Shown: positions 1 through 8,379 of the stretch, piece after piece
Numbering within the stretch: the stretch's first letter is position 1
How the letters are laid out: the number at the start of each line of letters is the position of its first letter
Source of the DNA: Dehalococcoidia bacterium
GTDB taxonomy: Bacteria > Chloroflexota > Dehalococcoidia > Lucifugimonadales > Australimonadaceae
DNA length: 64,000 nt
Direction of reading: 5' to 3'
Assembly: GCA_965200975.1 (NCBI GenBank)
Contig: OZ241740.1
Coordinates: 1,282,636 to 1,346,635 of the forward strand
Notes under the pieces: model-generated
The model's database searches: none
What the model saw: the letters and a program-made list of their open reading frames with translations, nothing else
What the model was told of the DNA's origin: nothing
Position numbers and translations under genes: made by a program

Positions 1-1158
1 GGTGTTCATCGGGTCGCCGCCGTCTTCCACGATCTGCATCTGCTCCATCAGCATGCGGCGGAAGAGGATGATGCCGATGTCCGACTGGCCGAGCTTTTCG
101 AGGTAGCGGCGGGTGCGGGGGCCCTGGGACGTCCAGGCGAAGTGGTCCTGCCCGCTGTTGTTGTCGAGCTGGCCCCAGATGGGCTGGTTGTTTCCGTCGA
201 CGCCTGCGATCGGGACGTGGTAGACGGGGATCTCGTCCTCGCGCTGGTTCGGGTTTTCGCCTTCCCGCGGCCAGTCGGAGTAGTAGTAGACGTAGTAGGT
301 GTGAGTGTCGTCCATGGGCACCCGTATCTGGAAGTCGTGGCCTCCGGTGCCGGACTCGAGGTTGGGGAAGAGGATGGGGTGCCCGTACTTCCACCCGATG
401 GACTCCTCCTGCTCCTCGCCTTCGAGCCAGCGGTGCTTGAGGACGCCGTGCTCGAAGCGGCTGCACGAGGCGGAGATGTGCCGCATTGTGCGTCCCGCCT
501 TGCGCCAGTACTCGAATTCGTCGTTCGGTTCGGGCGCGCGCTTGCCGTAGATGTCGCCGCGGTGCTTGAGCACGCCTATCCGCTCGAGGGCGTACTTGGA
601 AAAGTAGCCGTGGAGGTACTCGGCGTGGATCGGGTCGAGCGAGTTCTCCATAATCTGGAGCCAGTTGCAGGTGACGACCGTCCACCCGATGCTGCGGACG
701 CGGCCCTCTTCGACGAAGGGGTAGTAGTGCGGGAGCAGCGGCGCCGGCTCGGGGCCGAGGTAGGCGAACACGAGGCCGCCGAGCGTCTGCACGGGGTAAG
801 CCTTCATGCGGACGCGTTGCGGGAACGTCGAGTCAGGAGGCTCGGCAGGCATTTCGAGGCATTGGCCGGTCTCGTCGTACAGCCAGCCGTGGTACGGGCA
901 ACGGAGGCCCCTGGGCTCGGGGATGCCCCAGAGCATGTTGACTCTGCGGTGCGCGCAGGATGCGTCGATGAGGCCGAATGTCCCGCCCTCGTCCTTGTAG
1001 AGCACGAGATCCTCGCCGAGCAGGCGGATGGCTTTGGTGGGGTTGTCGTTGAACTCCGAGACGCCGGCGATGGGCTGCCAGTAGCGGCGCATCAGTTCGC
1101 CCATTGGCGTGCCCGGCCCTACGAGGGTGAGCCTGTCGTTCTGCTCCGGCGTTAGCAT
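1..1158 (-). CDS. Rieske [2Fe-2S] non-haem-iron oxygenase alpha subunit, paralogue R1 (3' end off window)
   Basis: Absent from ORF track (no stop in window). Reverse translation from ATG 1158..1156 gives MLTPEQNDRLTLVGPGTPMGELMRRYWQPIAG...SCAHRRVNMLWGIPEPRGLRCPYHGW (CxH..CxxH Rieske ligands), the same N-terminus as the six complete paralogues. Listed + ORF 142..1155 is its antisense shadow. Confidence 0.85.
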   Translation of the reverse strand, partial: MLTPEQNDRLTLVGPGTPMGELMRRYWQPIAGVSEFNDNPTKAIRLLGEDLVLYKDEGGTFGLIDASCAHRRVNMLWGIPEPRGLRCPYHGWLYDETGQCLEMPAEPPDSTFPQRVRMKAYPVQTLGGLVFAYLGPEPAPLLPHYYPFVEEGRVRSIGWTVVTCNWLQIMENSLDPIHAEYLHGYFSKYALERIGVLKHRGDIYGKRAPEPNDEFEYWRKAGRTMRHISASCSRFEHGVLKHRWLEGEEQEESIGWKYGHPILFPNLESGTGGHDFQIRVPMDDTHTYYVYYYSDWPREGENPNQREDEIPVYHVPIAGVDGNNQPIWGQLDNNSGQDHFAWTSQGPRTRRYLEKLGQSDIGIILFRRMLMEQMQIVEDGGDPMNT

Positions 1159-1279
1159 GACTCTTTCTCCCTTACGAGCTTTACGAGGCCCCGCCTTGGC
1201 GGTTTTGCAGCCGCAGATTGCCACGCGCGCGCGCCCGCGTCAAACGTAGCAGTACCGCGTCGTTTCACGCGGAGGGCGG

Positions 1280-1678
1280 CTATCCGGCTACCGGCGACCC
1301 GTGGTGGTGCGCGAGCAGCCATCGCCCCTCGCGCAGGACGAAGATGTTGGTGGCCTCGACGCGGGCGTCCATCACGCGCCCGTTAACGACGGACGTCAGG
1401 TTCTCGGCGCATGTCGCCCATCCGACGCTTCCGTCGACGCTGGCTTCGGCCTCGGTGATAGCGAACGTCATCATCGCGGCGCCTGAGAATATCTGCTCCC
1501 AGCTCTGCATCACCTCGAACCATCCCGAAAGCAGGGCCCAGCCCGGATGCGTGCAGGTCACGACATCGCCCCTCGACCACACAGCCTCCATACGCGTAAT
1601 GTCCAGCGAACTGAAGGCGTCGTAGAACGCCTGGTTGGCGGCGAGCACCGCCTCTTGTTGCGCGTCGTTTGCAGGCAT
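1280..1678 (-). CDS. SnoaL-like / NTF2-fold protein (DUF4440-type)
   Basis: ORF 1280..1951 trimmed to internal ATG at 1678 (MPANDAQQEAVLAANQAFYDAFSSLDITRMEAVW...REGRWLLAHHHGS), a typical NTF2-like pattern. The upstream 91 codons are Arg/Pro-rich and look non-coding. Confidence 0.7.
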   Translation of the reverse strand: MPANDAQQEAVLAANQAFYDAFSSLDITRMEAVWSRGDVVTCTHPGWALLSGWFEVMQSWEQIFSGAAMMTFAITEAEASVDGSVGWATCAENLTSVVNGRVMDARVEATNIFVLREGRWLLAHHHGSPVAG

Positions 1679-1847
1679 AGCGCTACGCACTGTATCACGG
1701 AGCGGCGGGCGTCGAGAGCCGACGGTGTATGATGCCGAGCGCGCAAGAGCGCTGCGCCAAGCGTCCGCGCAGCGTTCTCCCTGCATATAGGGGAGACGCC
1801 CAACCGGCGCAAATCGGCGCAACCGGCGCAGAGGAAGGGGGACAACT

Positions 1848-2639
1848 ATGCCAGGGTTCGATATCACCGACCGGGTCGCCATCGTAACGGGAGGCTCACA
1901 AGGGTTCGGCAAGGCCATCGCCCTGCGGTTGGCCCACCAGGGGGCGAACATCGTAGTCGCCGCCCGGGATCCCGAAGAGGTGACTGTGGGGCGGGAGCGT
2001 CCGCATGCGCCCGTTCACCCGGTCGTCGACGAGGTGCGCGCTATCGGAAGCCGCGCCCTCGGCGTAACGGCGGACGTGCGGGAACAGTCCGAGGTGGATG
2101 GCCTGATCGCGAAGACGATGGACGAGTTCGGGCGGATCGACATCCTCGTGAATGTCGTCGGCGGGAGCTGGGGCGAGACGTTCCGGTCGGGGCCCCTGAT
2201 GGAGCTGGAGCCGCAGGACTTCATCGAGTGCTACCGGGTCAACGTGCTCACGGCGTTTATGTGCTCGAAAGCGGCGCAGCCGATTATGAAGGCGCAAGGG
2301 AAGGGCGCCATCGTGAACATCGCATCCGGCGCGGGCGTCAACCCCGGTACGGGCCAGGCGTCGTACGGCGCGGCGAAGGCGGCGGTCATCAATATGTCGA
2401 AATCGATGGCCTACGAATGGGCGCCGGAAGTCCGGGTGAACTCCATCGCGCTGGGCGGCATCGAGACTCCGCATCGCCCGATGTGGCACGAGAGCGTCCG
2501 CTCGACCACGACGGTGCGGAGCGCGATGGGGCGGCTGGGCACTCCCGATGAGCATGCGGGCACGGTCGCCTGGCTCGTATCCGATGCTGCAGGCTATATG
2601 AACGGCGCCACTATCGAGGCTGACGGGGGACGGAGGTAG
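1848..2639 (+). CDS. SDR family oxidoreductase
   Basis: 263 aa with TGGSQGFGKAIA Rossmann motif and YGAAKAAV (YxxxK) catalytic motif. GGAAGGGGGA lies upstream of the ATG. Confidence 0.9.
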   Translation: MPGFDITDRVAIVTGGSQGFGKAIALRLAHQGANIVVAARDPEEVTVGRERPHAPVHPVVDEVRAIGSRALGVTADVREQSEVDGLIAKTMDEFGRIDILVNVVGGSWGETFRSGPLMELEPQDFIECYRVNVLTAFMCSKAAQPIMKAQGKGAIVNIASGAGVNPGTGQASYGAAKAAVINMSKSMAYEWAPEVRVNSIALGGIETPHRPMWHESVRSTTTVRSAMGRLGTPDEHAGTVAWLVSDAAGYMNGATIEADGGRR

Positions 2640-2708
2640 CGCAGGGTTGTCCGCTCCGGCGCCGGGAGTGCGCCGCGCTTGCTCGCTGCGGAACGATCGC
2701 AGCGGGAG

Positions 2709-3884
2709 TCAGGACGCGATTAGCGCGCCGACGGCTGCTGTGAGGAGGACTACCAGCCATGGAGGCGTTCTCCAGAACGCCAGCAGAGCGAACGCGGCAG
2801 CCGCCAGCGCGAAATCCTCGCGCGCCTTGATTGCGCCGGTCCACACCGGGTCGTAGAGAGCGGCGAGGAGGAGCCCTACTACTGCGGCGTTGACGCCCAT
2901 AAGCGCCTGCCTTGCCCGCGCAACCCGGCGTAGCTGCTCCCAGAACGGCAGCACTCCGAGCACCAGCAGAAAGGACGGCAGGAAGATTGCTGCGAGCGCA
3001 AGGAGGCCGCCGAGCCACTGTGGGGTCAAAATCCCCATCGCCGTCCCAAGATAGGCCGAGAACGTGAAGAGAGGGCCCGGCACAGCCTGCGCCGCGCCGT
3101 ATCCCGCTACGAACGCGTCCTGCGTCACCCAGCCGGGCGGAACCACTTCCGCCTCCAGTAGCGGCAGTACGACGTGACCTCCGCCGAATACGAGCGATCC
3201 GGATCGGTAGAAGCTGTCCGCCACAGCAATGAGCGTACTGTCCGTGAGGCGGCTCGCTGCGGGTAGGGCGAGCAGAAGAACGAGGAACACGATCAGCGCC
3301 GCCGCCCCGACGCGCGCTCCGGGCCGCCTGCCGGCCTCGCCCGACTGTCTCGCCTCCGGAGGGCGCAGAAACGCCAGGCCAAGCGCGGCGCCTCCCGCAA
3401 TCACGGCCAGCTGCGCCGCGATGCCGCCTGTCGCAAGGACTCCGACCGTCGCGAGCACGGCGATGGCGATTCGCGGCTTGTCGGGGGCGAGGGTTTTTCC
3501 CATGCCCCACAGCGCCAGGGCGACCACCGCAACTGCTACGACCTTCAAGCCGTGCAGCCAGTCGATTGCCTGCCCGTCGAACTCGCGCACGCCGTACGCG
3601 AACAGCATCAGTGCGAGCGCGGATGGGAAGGTGAAGCCCAACCAGGCCGCGAAGCCGCCCGCTATGCCGGCGCGCCTGACGCCCACGGCTATTCCGAGCT
3701 GACTGCTCGCCGGGCCGGGGAGGAACCGACAGAGCGCGACGAGCTCCCCGAAGCTCTCCTCGTCGAGCCACCGGCGCCGGGCGACGTACTCCTGGCGAAA
3801 GTAGCCGATGTGAGCGATGGGGCCGCCGAACGATGTAAGCCCGAGGCGAGTCGCGACCAGCAAGACTTCCCATACGCTGCTCAT
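2709..3884 (-). CDS. chrA: chromate transporter (CHR family)
   Basis: 391 aa polytopic protein. LGLTSFGGPIAHIGYFRQEYVARRRWLDEESFGELVALCRFLPGPASSQLG and the second-half repeat FGGGHVVLPLL are CHR signatures. Confidence 0.85.
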   Translation of the reverse strand: MSSVWEVLLVATRLGLTSFGGPIAHIGYFRQEYVARRRWLDEESFGELVALCRFLPGPASSQLGIAVGVRRAGIAGGFAAWLGFTFPSALALMLFAYGVREFDGQAIDWLHGLKVVAVAVVALALWGMGKTLAPDKPRIAIAVLATVGVLATGGIAAQLAVIAGGAALGLAFLRPPEARQSGEAGRRPGARVGAAALIVFLVLLLALPAASRLTDSTLIAVADSFYRSGSLVFGGGHVVLPLLEAEVVPPGWVTQDAFVAGYGAAQAVPGPLFTFSAYLGTAMGILTPQWLGGLLALAAIFLPSFLLVLGVLPFWEQLRRVARARQALMGVNAAVVGLLLAALYDPVWTGAIKAREDFALAAAAFALLAFWRTPPWLVVLLTAAVGALIAS

Positions 3885-3939
3885 CGAGCTAAACCGCCGC
3901 GGAGCGCGCGCTCGACTGCCGGGCCAAACGTCCAGCGGG

Positions 3940-5052
3940 TCACAGCCCCAGCAGTCTCGCCATCCGGAGCTTGTGGTGGGTAGGGCCGCCGAGGTGCAGG
4001 CTGGCGAATCGTGAGCGTTTCGTGTGGTGTGTCAGCCCGTAGTCGAGATCCATGCCGGCGCCGGCGTGCACGTAGTGCGAGTTTTCGCAAGCCCGGGGGA
4101 AGGCCTCGCTCGCGATGGCTTTCGCCATCGACACGGAGACTGCGGCGTCCGGCTTGCCTGAGTCGAGCTTCCACAGCGCTTCGTAGGCGCTCCATCGAAT
4201 GGCGTCGGCGTCGTTGAGGGCGGCGATGACGAGGTCTTGCACTCGCTGGAACGTTCCGATAGGGACGCCGAACGCGATGCGAGTTTTCGAGTACTCGATC
4301 GCCATATCTGCGACGCGCTGCGCGCCGCCGAGCATTGCGGCGCAGAGCAGGGCAGCAGCCTTGTCGGCAGCGCGCTCTATGGCCGGCCACGCGTCGCCGC
4401 TGCTCAGGAGCGCATCTTCGCCGAGCGCGACTCCGTTCAGCGCCGCCTCGCAGACCGGCTCTCCGAGCCAGCCGGACTGCCGTCGCACTGCGAGCCCGGG
4501 AGCGTCCGCTGGAACGCGGAAGACTGCAATTCGGGAGGGCTGCTCTGCGCTTCGCGCGACAACGAGCAGCTCGTCCGCGATGTGCGCGTACGGAACGAAC
4601 GATTTGACGCCCCGCAGGACGTATCCGCCGTCTGCAGCCCCGGCTGCCGTTGCGATGTTGGCGGGCTCCCAACCGTAGTCGGGTTCAGTGAGGGCGACGA
4701 CGGCGAGGCGTTCGCCGGCGGCGAGCGCGCGAAGCTCCGCGTCCCCTGCGTCGAGTTCGCTGAGCAGGTAAGCGGCGAACGTGTGGGCGAGCAGAGGGCT
4801 GGGCGTAGCGCCCTCGCCGAGCGCTTCGAATACGACGGCGAAGTCCATCAGCGTTGAGGCTGCGCCGCCGTGGGCCTCGTCGACAGCCATGGCCGGGAGG
4901 CCGATGTCGATCATCGAACCCCACAGCTCGCGCGAAAAGCCGGAGGGGCTGTCGTCGATCTCGCGGACGCGGGCTTTGGGCGCCTCGTTGGCGACGAACG
5001 ACCGGACGGCGTCGAGGAGCATCAGCTGGGTGTCGGTGTAGGAGAGGTCCAT
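3940..5052 (-). CDS. acyl-CoA dehydrogenase family protein
   Basis: 370 aa ACAD-like layout. ALTEPDYGWEP is a degenerate form of the TEPxAGSD motif. Its start sits 3 nt after the stop of the upstream ACAD, consistent with an operon. Confidence 0.8.
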   Translation of the reverse strand: MDLSYTDTQLMLLDAVRSFVANEAPKARVREIDDSPSGFSRELWGSMIDIGLPAMAVDEAHGGAASTLMDFAVVFEALGEGATPSPLLAHTFAAYLLSELDAGDAELRALAAGERLAVVALTEPDYGWEPANIATAAGAADGGYVLRGVKSFVPYAHIADELLVVARSAEQPSRIAVFRVPADAPGLAVRRQSGWLGEPVCEAALNGVALGEDALLSSGDAWPAIERAADKAAALLCAAMLGGAQRVADMAIEYSKTRIAFGVPIGTFQRVQDLVIAALNDADAIRWSAYEALWKLDSGKPDAAVSVSMAKAIASEAFPRACENSHYVHAGAGMDLDYGLTHHTKRSRFASLHLGGPTHHKLRMARLLGL

Positions 5053-5054
5053 AG

Positions 5055-6278
5055 CTAGCCGGTGTGTTCCGTAGCGGTGGGAGGCGTAGGGGCGGCGCGC
5101 TCCGGAGTGCGGCTGATTCCGAGCCGGCGGGCCATAATGAGGCGCATAATCTCGGGAGTGCCGCCGGGGTGAGTCCAGGCGAGATTGCGGCGCTGGCGCA
5201 CCTCGGCTGCGCCGTCGTTGGGCGCGCCTGGGTCTGCGGCGTCGAGGAGGGCTGCGGGGCCCATAATCTCGCGCTCGCGGTTGGCGTTGCGCACCTTGAA
5301 CTCCTTGCGCCAGAGGGCGCTTTGAGGCCCGTGGTACGTCATCTCCCGTTTCGTCACATACATCCAGAAATTGCGGGCGGCCAGCAGCCGGTTGATGTTG
5401 CTCTCGATGTAGCAGTCGATGGCGGCGATGCGCGCTACCGGGTCATCGGCGAGCGGACTTCCGCCGCGCGCAGCCGTGCGGAGCGTATCGAAGAGCTCTT
5501 CGATGTCGAGGTCGGGGGCGAACGGCGCGCCGCGCCCTCCGTGTTCCTGTTCGAGGGTTGTGGCTGCGACCTGCCAACCCTCGGTCTCGCCTCCGAGCAG
5601 GTGGTCGGCGGGCACGCGGGCGTCGTCGAAGTAGATGAACTTCTGGCCGGGGCCGTTGAGCAGCGTCATCTGCTCGATCGTTACGCCGGGGGTGGGGACG
5701 GGTATGAGGAAGTAGCCGAGGTTGCGGCGCCGTTCGCCGCCGGGGACGGTTACGAAAGGCCCGAACAGGAGGTCGGGCGTCCGCAGGCCGGTGATGAACA
5801 GCTTGTGCCCGTTCAGCGTCCACTCGTCGTCGTCGCGCACTGCCGGGCTTGAAATCGACGCGAGGTCGGAGCCGGCGTGCGATTCGCTGAACGTCTGGTA
5901 GGCGATGGTCTCGCCGCTGAGCAGGCCGGGGAGGAACTTGCGCTTCTGCTCCTCCGTGCCCCATACGAGAATGGAGGGCAGGACGAGTCCGTTAGAGAAG
6001 TGGGGCGGAATGCGGCGGCGGGCGAGTTCGGCGGCGATGACCATCTCGTGGTCGCCGGTGAGTCCTCCGCCGCCGTACTCGGCAGGGTAGGTGGGGTAGA
6101 GCCAGCCCTTGCGTCCGAGGGCCCGGTGCACTTCGCGGAAGTAGGCGTAGGCGTCATCGTCGATGGACTCGGGGTCGCGCGGGGCGCGCCGTTCCGGGTT
6201 GACATTGGCGTCGAGCCAGGCCCGCACTTCGTCGCGGAACTGCAGCTGCTCCGGGGTGTAGGCGTATTCGAAGTCCAT
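5055..6278 (-). CDS. acyl-CoA dehydrogenase family protein
   Basis: ORF 5055..6329 trimmed to MDFEYAYTPEQLQFRDEV (ATG 6278). FSESHAGSDLASI matches the ACAD (S/T)ExxAGSD motif. Confidence 0.85.
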   Translation of the reverse strand: MDFEYAYTPEQLQFRDEVRAWLDANVNPERRAPRDPESIDDDAYAYFREVHRALGRKGWLYPTYPAEYGGGGLTGDHEMVIAAELARRRIPPHFSNGLVLPSILVWGTEEQKRKFLPGLLSGETIAYQTFSESHAGSDLASISSPAVRDDDEWTLNGHKLFITGLRTPDLLFGPFVTVPGGERRRNLGYFLIPVPTPGVTIEQMTLLNGPGQKFIYFDDARVPADHLLGGETEGWQVAATTLEQEHGGRGAPFAPDLDIEELFDTLRTAARGGSPLADDPVARIAAIDCYIESNINRLLAARNFWMYVTKREMTYHGPQSALWRKEFKVRNANREREIMGPAALLDAADPGAPNDGAAEVRQRRNLAWTHPGGTPEIMRLIMARRLGISRTPERAAPTPPTATEHTG

Positions 6279-6371
6279 AGCGCTGGTTTCCCTGTCCCGC
6301 CCTGAGAGGGTTGGGGAGGAGGCTCCCACAGCATAAGATACTACGCGACCCGGCGTAAGGAGAGCGCACTT

Positions 6372-6929
6372 ATGTCACGATTGCCCCAGGTTGCCCGCGA
6401 GAGTCTGTCGCCCGAAGATCAGGCCCACTTCGACTATGTGGCGGGGAGCCGCGGAGAGGTGCGCGGCCCGTTCCTGATTCTGCTGAACAGCCCCGACGTC
6501 GCCGAGCGCATAGCCCACGTCGGCACGTACATCCGGTTCGAGAACACGCTGGCGCCGGCGCTGCGCGAGCTCGCGATCCTGACTGTCGCGCGGGAATGGA
6601 ACTGTCAGTACGAGTGGACTGCGCATCAGCCCATCGCCGAGAGCGAAGGCGCGAGACCGGAGGCGATCGCCGCAGTGCGCGACCGGACTGCGCCCGACGG
6701 CCTGACGGACGACGAGGCAATGGTGTTCTCGTACGCCAGCGCGCTGCTGGAGAAGGGACGCATTCCCGACGACGTTTTTCAGCGGGCCCACGACGCGCTT
6801 GGCACGCGGACGGTAACCGACCTGACGGCGACGGTCGGTTACTACTCGATGCTCGCGTGCGCGCTGAACGCCGCCCAGGTCGTTCCGGAGGAGGGGAAGG
6901 CCTGGCTCCTGCCGGATGCGACGTACTGA
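6372..6929 (+). CDS. carboxymuconolactone decarboxylase (AhpD-like) family protein
   Basis: 185 aa. LAILTVAREWNCQYEWTAHQPIA is a typical CMD-domain core. Confidence 0.8.
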   Translation: MSRLPQVARESLSPEDQAHFDYVAGSRGEVRGPFLILLNSPDVAERIAHVGTYIRFENTLAPALRELAILTVAREWNCQYEWTAHQPIAESEGARPEAIAAVRDRTAPDGLTDDEAMVFSYASALLEKGRIPDDVFQRAHDALGTRTVTDLTATVGYYSMLACALNAAQVVPEEGKAWLLPDATY

Positions 6930-6996
6930 GGGCGGGAGACGCTCGCCCTCGCCTGAAGGACGCCAAAGCCAAAAGAGCGCTGAGACAGCAATGAGA

Positions 6997-7044
6997 CAGA
7001 GAAGCGGCCCTCCCTCCCGCGCGGGAGGGAGGGCCGCTTCTCTG
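6997..7044. terminator. 48-bp perfect palindrome, probable bidirectional terminator between convergent genes
   Basis: CAGAGAAGCGGCCCTCCCTCCCGC|GCGGGAGGGAGGGCCGCTTCTCTG. The two 24-nt arms are exact reverse complements. It lies between the CMD stop (6929) and the R2 stop (7078). Confidence 0.55.
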
Positions 7045-7077
7045 CTTAACGCTTTAGCGCCTGAAATTCCGCCGCCG

Positions 7078-8379
7078 CTAGCTCCTGTTGCTGGCTACGA
7101 CGTCCTCTGCGTGGCTGTCCCAGCTGGAGAGGACGCTTTGGATGTCCTCTTTCAGCTGCTCGCTTTCGCCGGCCTGAGCGGTTACGTACTTCGAGATGCG
7201 GCTGACCTCCTGCAGCGAGGGCCATCGCTCGAGGGGCAGCTCGATGCTCGCGTTGCGCTCGGGGTCGCGGATGACGTTGATCGGGTCGCCGCCGTCCTCG
7301 ACGATCTGCATCTGCTCGGCGAGCTGTTTGCGCTGCAGGATGATGCCGCGGTCGGACTCGCCGAGCTTCTCGCGGACGCGGTCGGCGTTCGGCCCCTGGG
7401 TGATCCAGGCGACGAAGTCCTGGTGGTTGACGAGGTCGGGGATGAGAGCGCCGGACTCATCGTAGAGGGGGACGATGAAGTGCGGGATCTTCTCCTGCTT
7501 TGGAAGAGTCGCGCCCGGGGCGGCCTTGTAGAAGAACCAGGTGATGTGCAGCGTGCTCGTGTCGTCGATGGGAGTGCGGTACTGGAAGTTGCACTTAACG
7601 CCGTCGCCAACGAACAGAATGTTGGGGAAGAGCGCCGGATGGCCGACCTTCCAGTCGTGGTCTTCCTCGGAGGTGCCCTCGACGACGCGGCGCTTGATGA
7701 TGCCGTGTTCGAACTCGGAGAAGCCTATCTTCTTGTGGTTTCGCGGAATGATGGGGGAGAGGTCAGCCTCGCCGCCGAGTTTGACCGCCTTCTCGCGCTG
7801 CTGCACGACGCCCCAGTAGCCGTGAAGCCACTCGAGGTGAACGGGGTCGTGGGAGTTCTCCTGGCACTGGAGCCAGTTGCAAGGCAGCTCGGCGATGCCG
7901 ATGTCGGAGTAGCCGTTCTCCCAGGTGTAGGGCTCCCACATCGGGATGAGGGGAGCGGGGGCAGGCCCCATGTAGGCCCACAGCAGGCCGGCCATCTCCT
8001 GCACGGGGTAGCCGGCGATCTTCACCTTCTCCTTGAAGCGTCCGTCGGGATGGACGGTCTCCTCGAAGGGCTGCTCGATGCACTGGCCGGTCTCGTCCAT
8101 CATCCAGCCGTGGTACATACAGCGGAGGCCGTTCTCCTCGGGGATTCCGTAGGAGAGGTCGACGCGGCGGTGGGGGCAGAAGCGGTCGATGAGGCCGAGC
8201 GTCCCGGACTTGTCCTTGTAGAGGACGAGGTCTTCGCCGAGGAGCCGCACAGGCTTGGTGGGCTTGTCGTCGAGTTCAGAGGCGGCGGCGAAGGGATGCC
8301 AGTAACGGCGCATCAGCTCGCCTCCGGGGGTGCCGGGGCCTACTTGAGTCAAGCGTTCGTTGTCTTGCGCGGAGAGCAT
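7078..8379 (-). CDS. Rieske oxygenase alpha subunit, paralogue R2
   Basis: ORF 7078..8421 trimmed to MLSAQDNERLTQVGPGTPGGELMRRYWHP (ATG 8379). Rieske ligands in CPHRRVDLSYGIPEENGLRCMYHGW; mononuclear-iron motif in ENSHDPVHLEWLH. Confidence 0.9.
   Translation of the reverse strand: MLSAQDNERLTQVGPGTPGGELMRRYWHPFAAASELDDKPTKPVRLLGEDLVLYKDKSGTLGLIDRFCPHRRVDLSYGIPEENGLRCMYHGWMMDETGQCIEQPFEETVHPDGRFKEKVKIAGYPVQEMAGLLWAYMGPAPAPLIPMWEPYTWENGYSDIGIAELPCNWLQCQENSHDPVHLEWLHGYWGVVQQREKAVKLGGEADLSPIIPRNHKKIGFSEFEHGIIKRRVVEGTSEEDHDWKVGHPALFPNILFVGDGVKCNFQYRTPIDDTSTLHITWFFYKAAPGATLPKQEKIPHFIVPLYDESGALIPDLVNHQDFVAWITQGPNADRVREKLGESDRGIILQRKQLAEQMQIVEDGGDPINVIRDPERNASIELPLERWPSLQEVSRISKYVTAQAGESEQLKEDIQSVLSSWDSHAEDVVASNRS

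Noticed and set aside
2611-3873. A 420-aa Arg-rich ORF overlapping chrA on the same strand. Similar Arg/Pro-rich alternative-frame ORFs occur at 3881..4672, 22735..23442, 37332..38702, 40122..41597 and 52114..53124.
   Set aside because: These are off-frame read-throughs of real genes. The extreme Arg/Pro/Ala composition is typical of wrong-frame translation of GC-rich DNA, and they carry no motifs.
3940-6278. The adjacent ACAD pair could be a heteromeric alpha2beta2 steroid-type dehydrogenase. Both read GG instead of EG at the position aligned by eye with the YEGT catalytic-base motif.
   Set aside because: The catalytic base sits at different positions in different ACAD subfamilies, and my by-eye alignment of the C-terminal region is not reliable enough to claim loss of the base.
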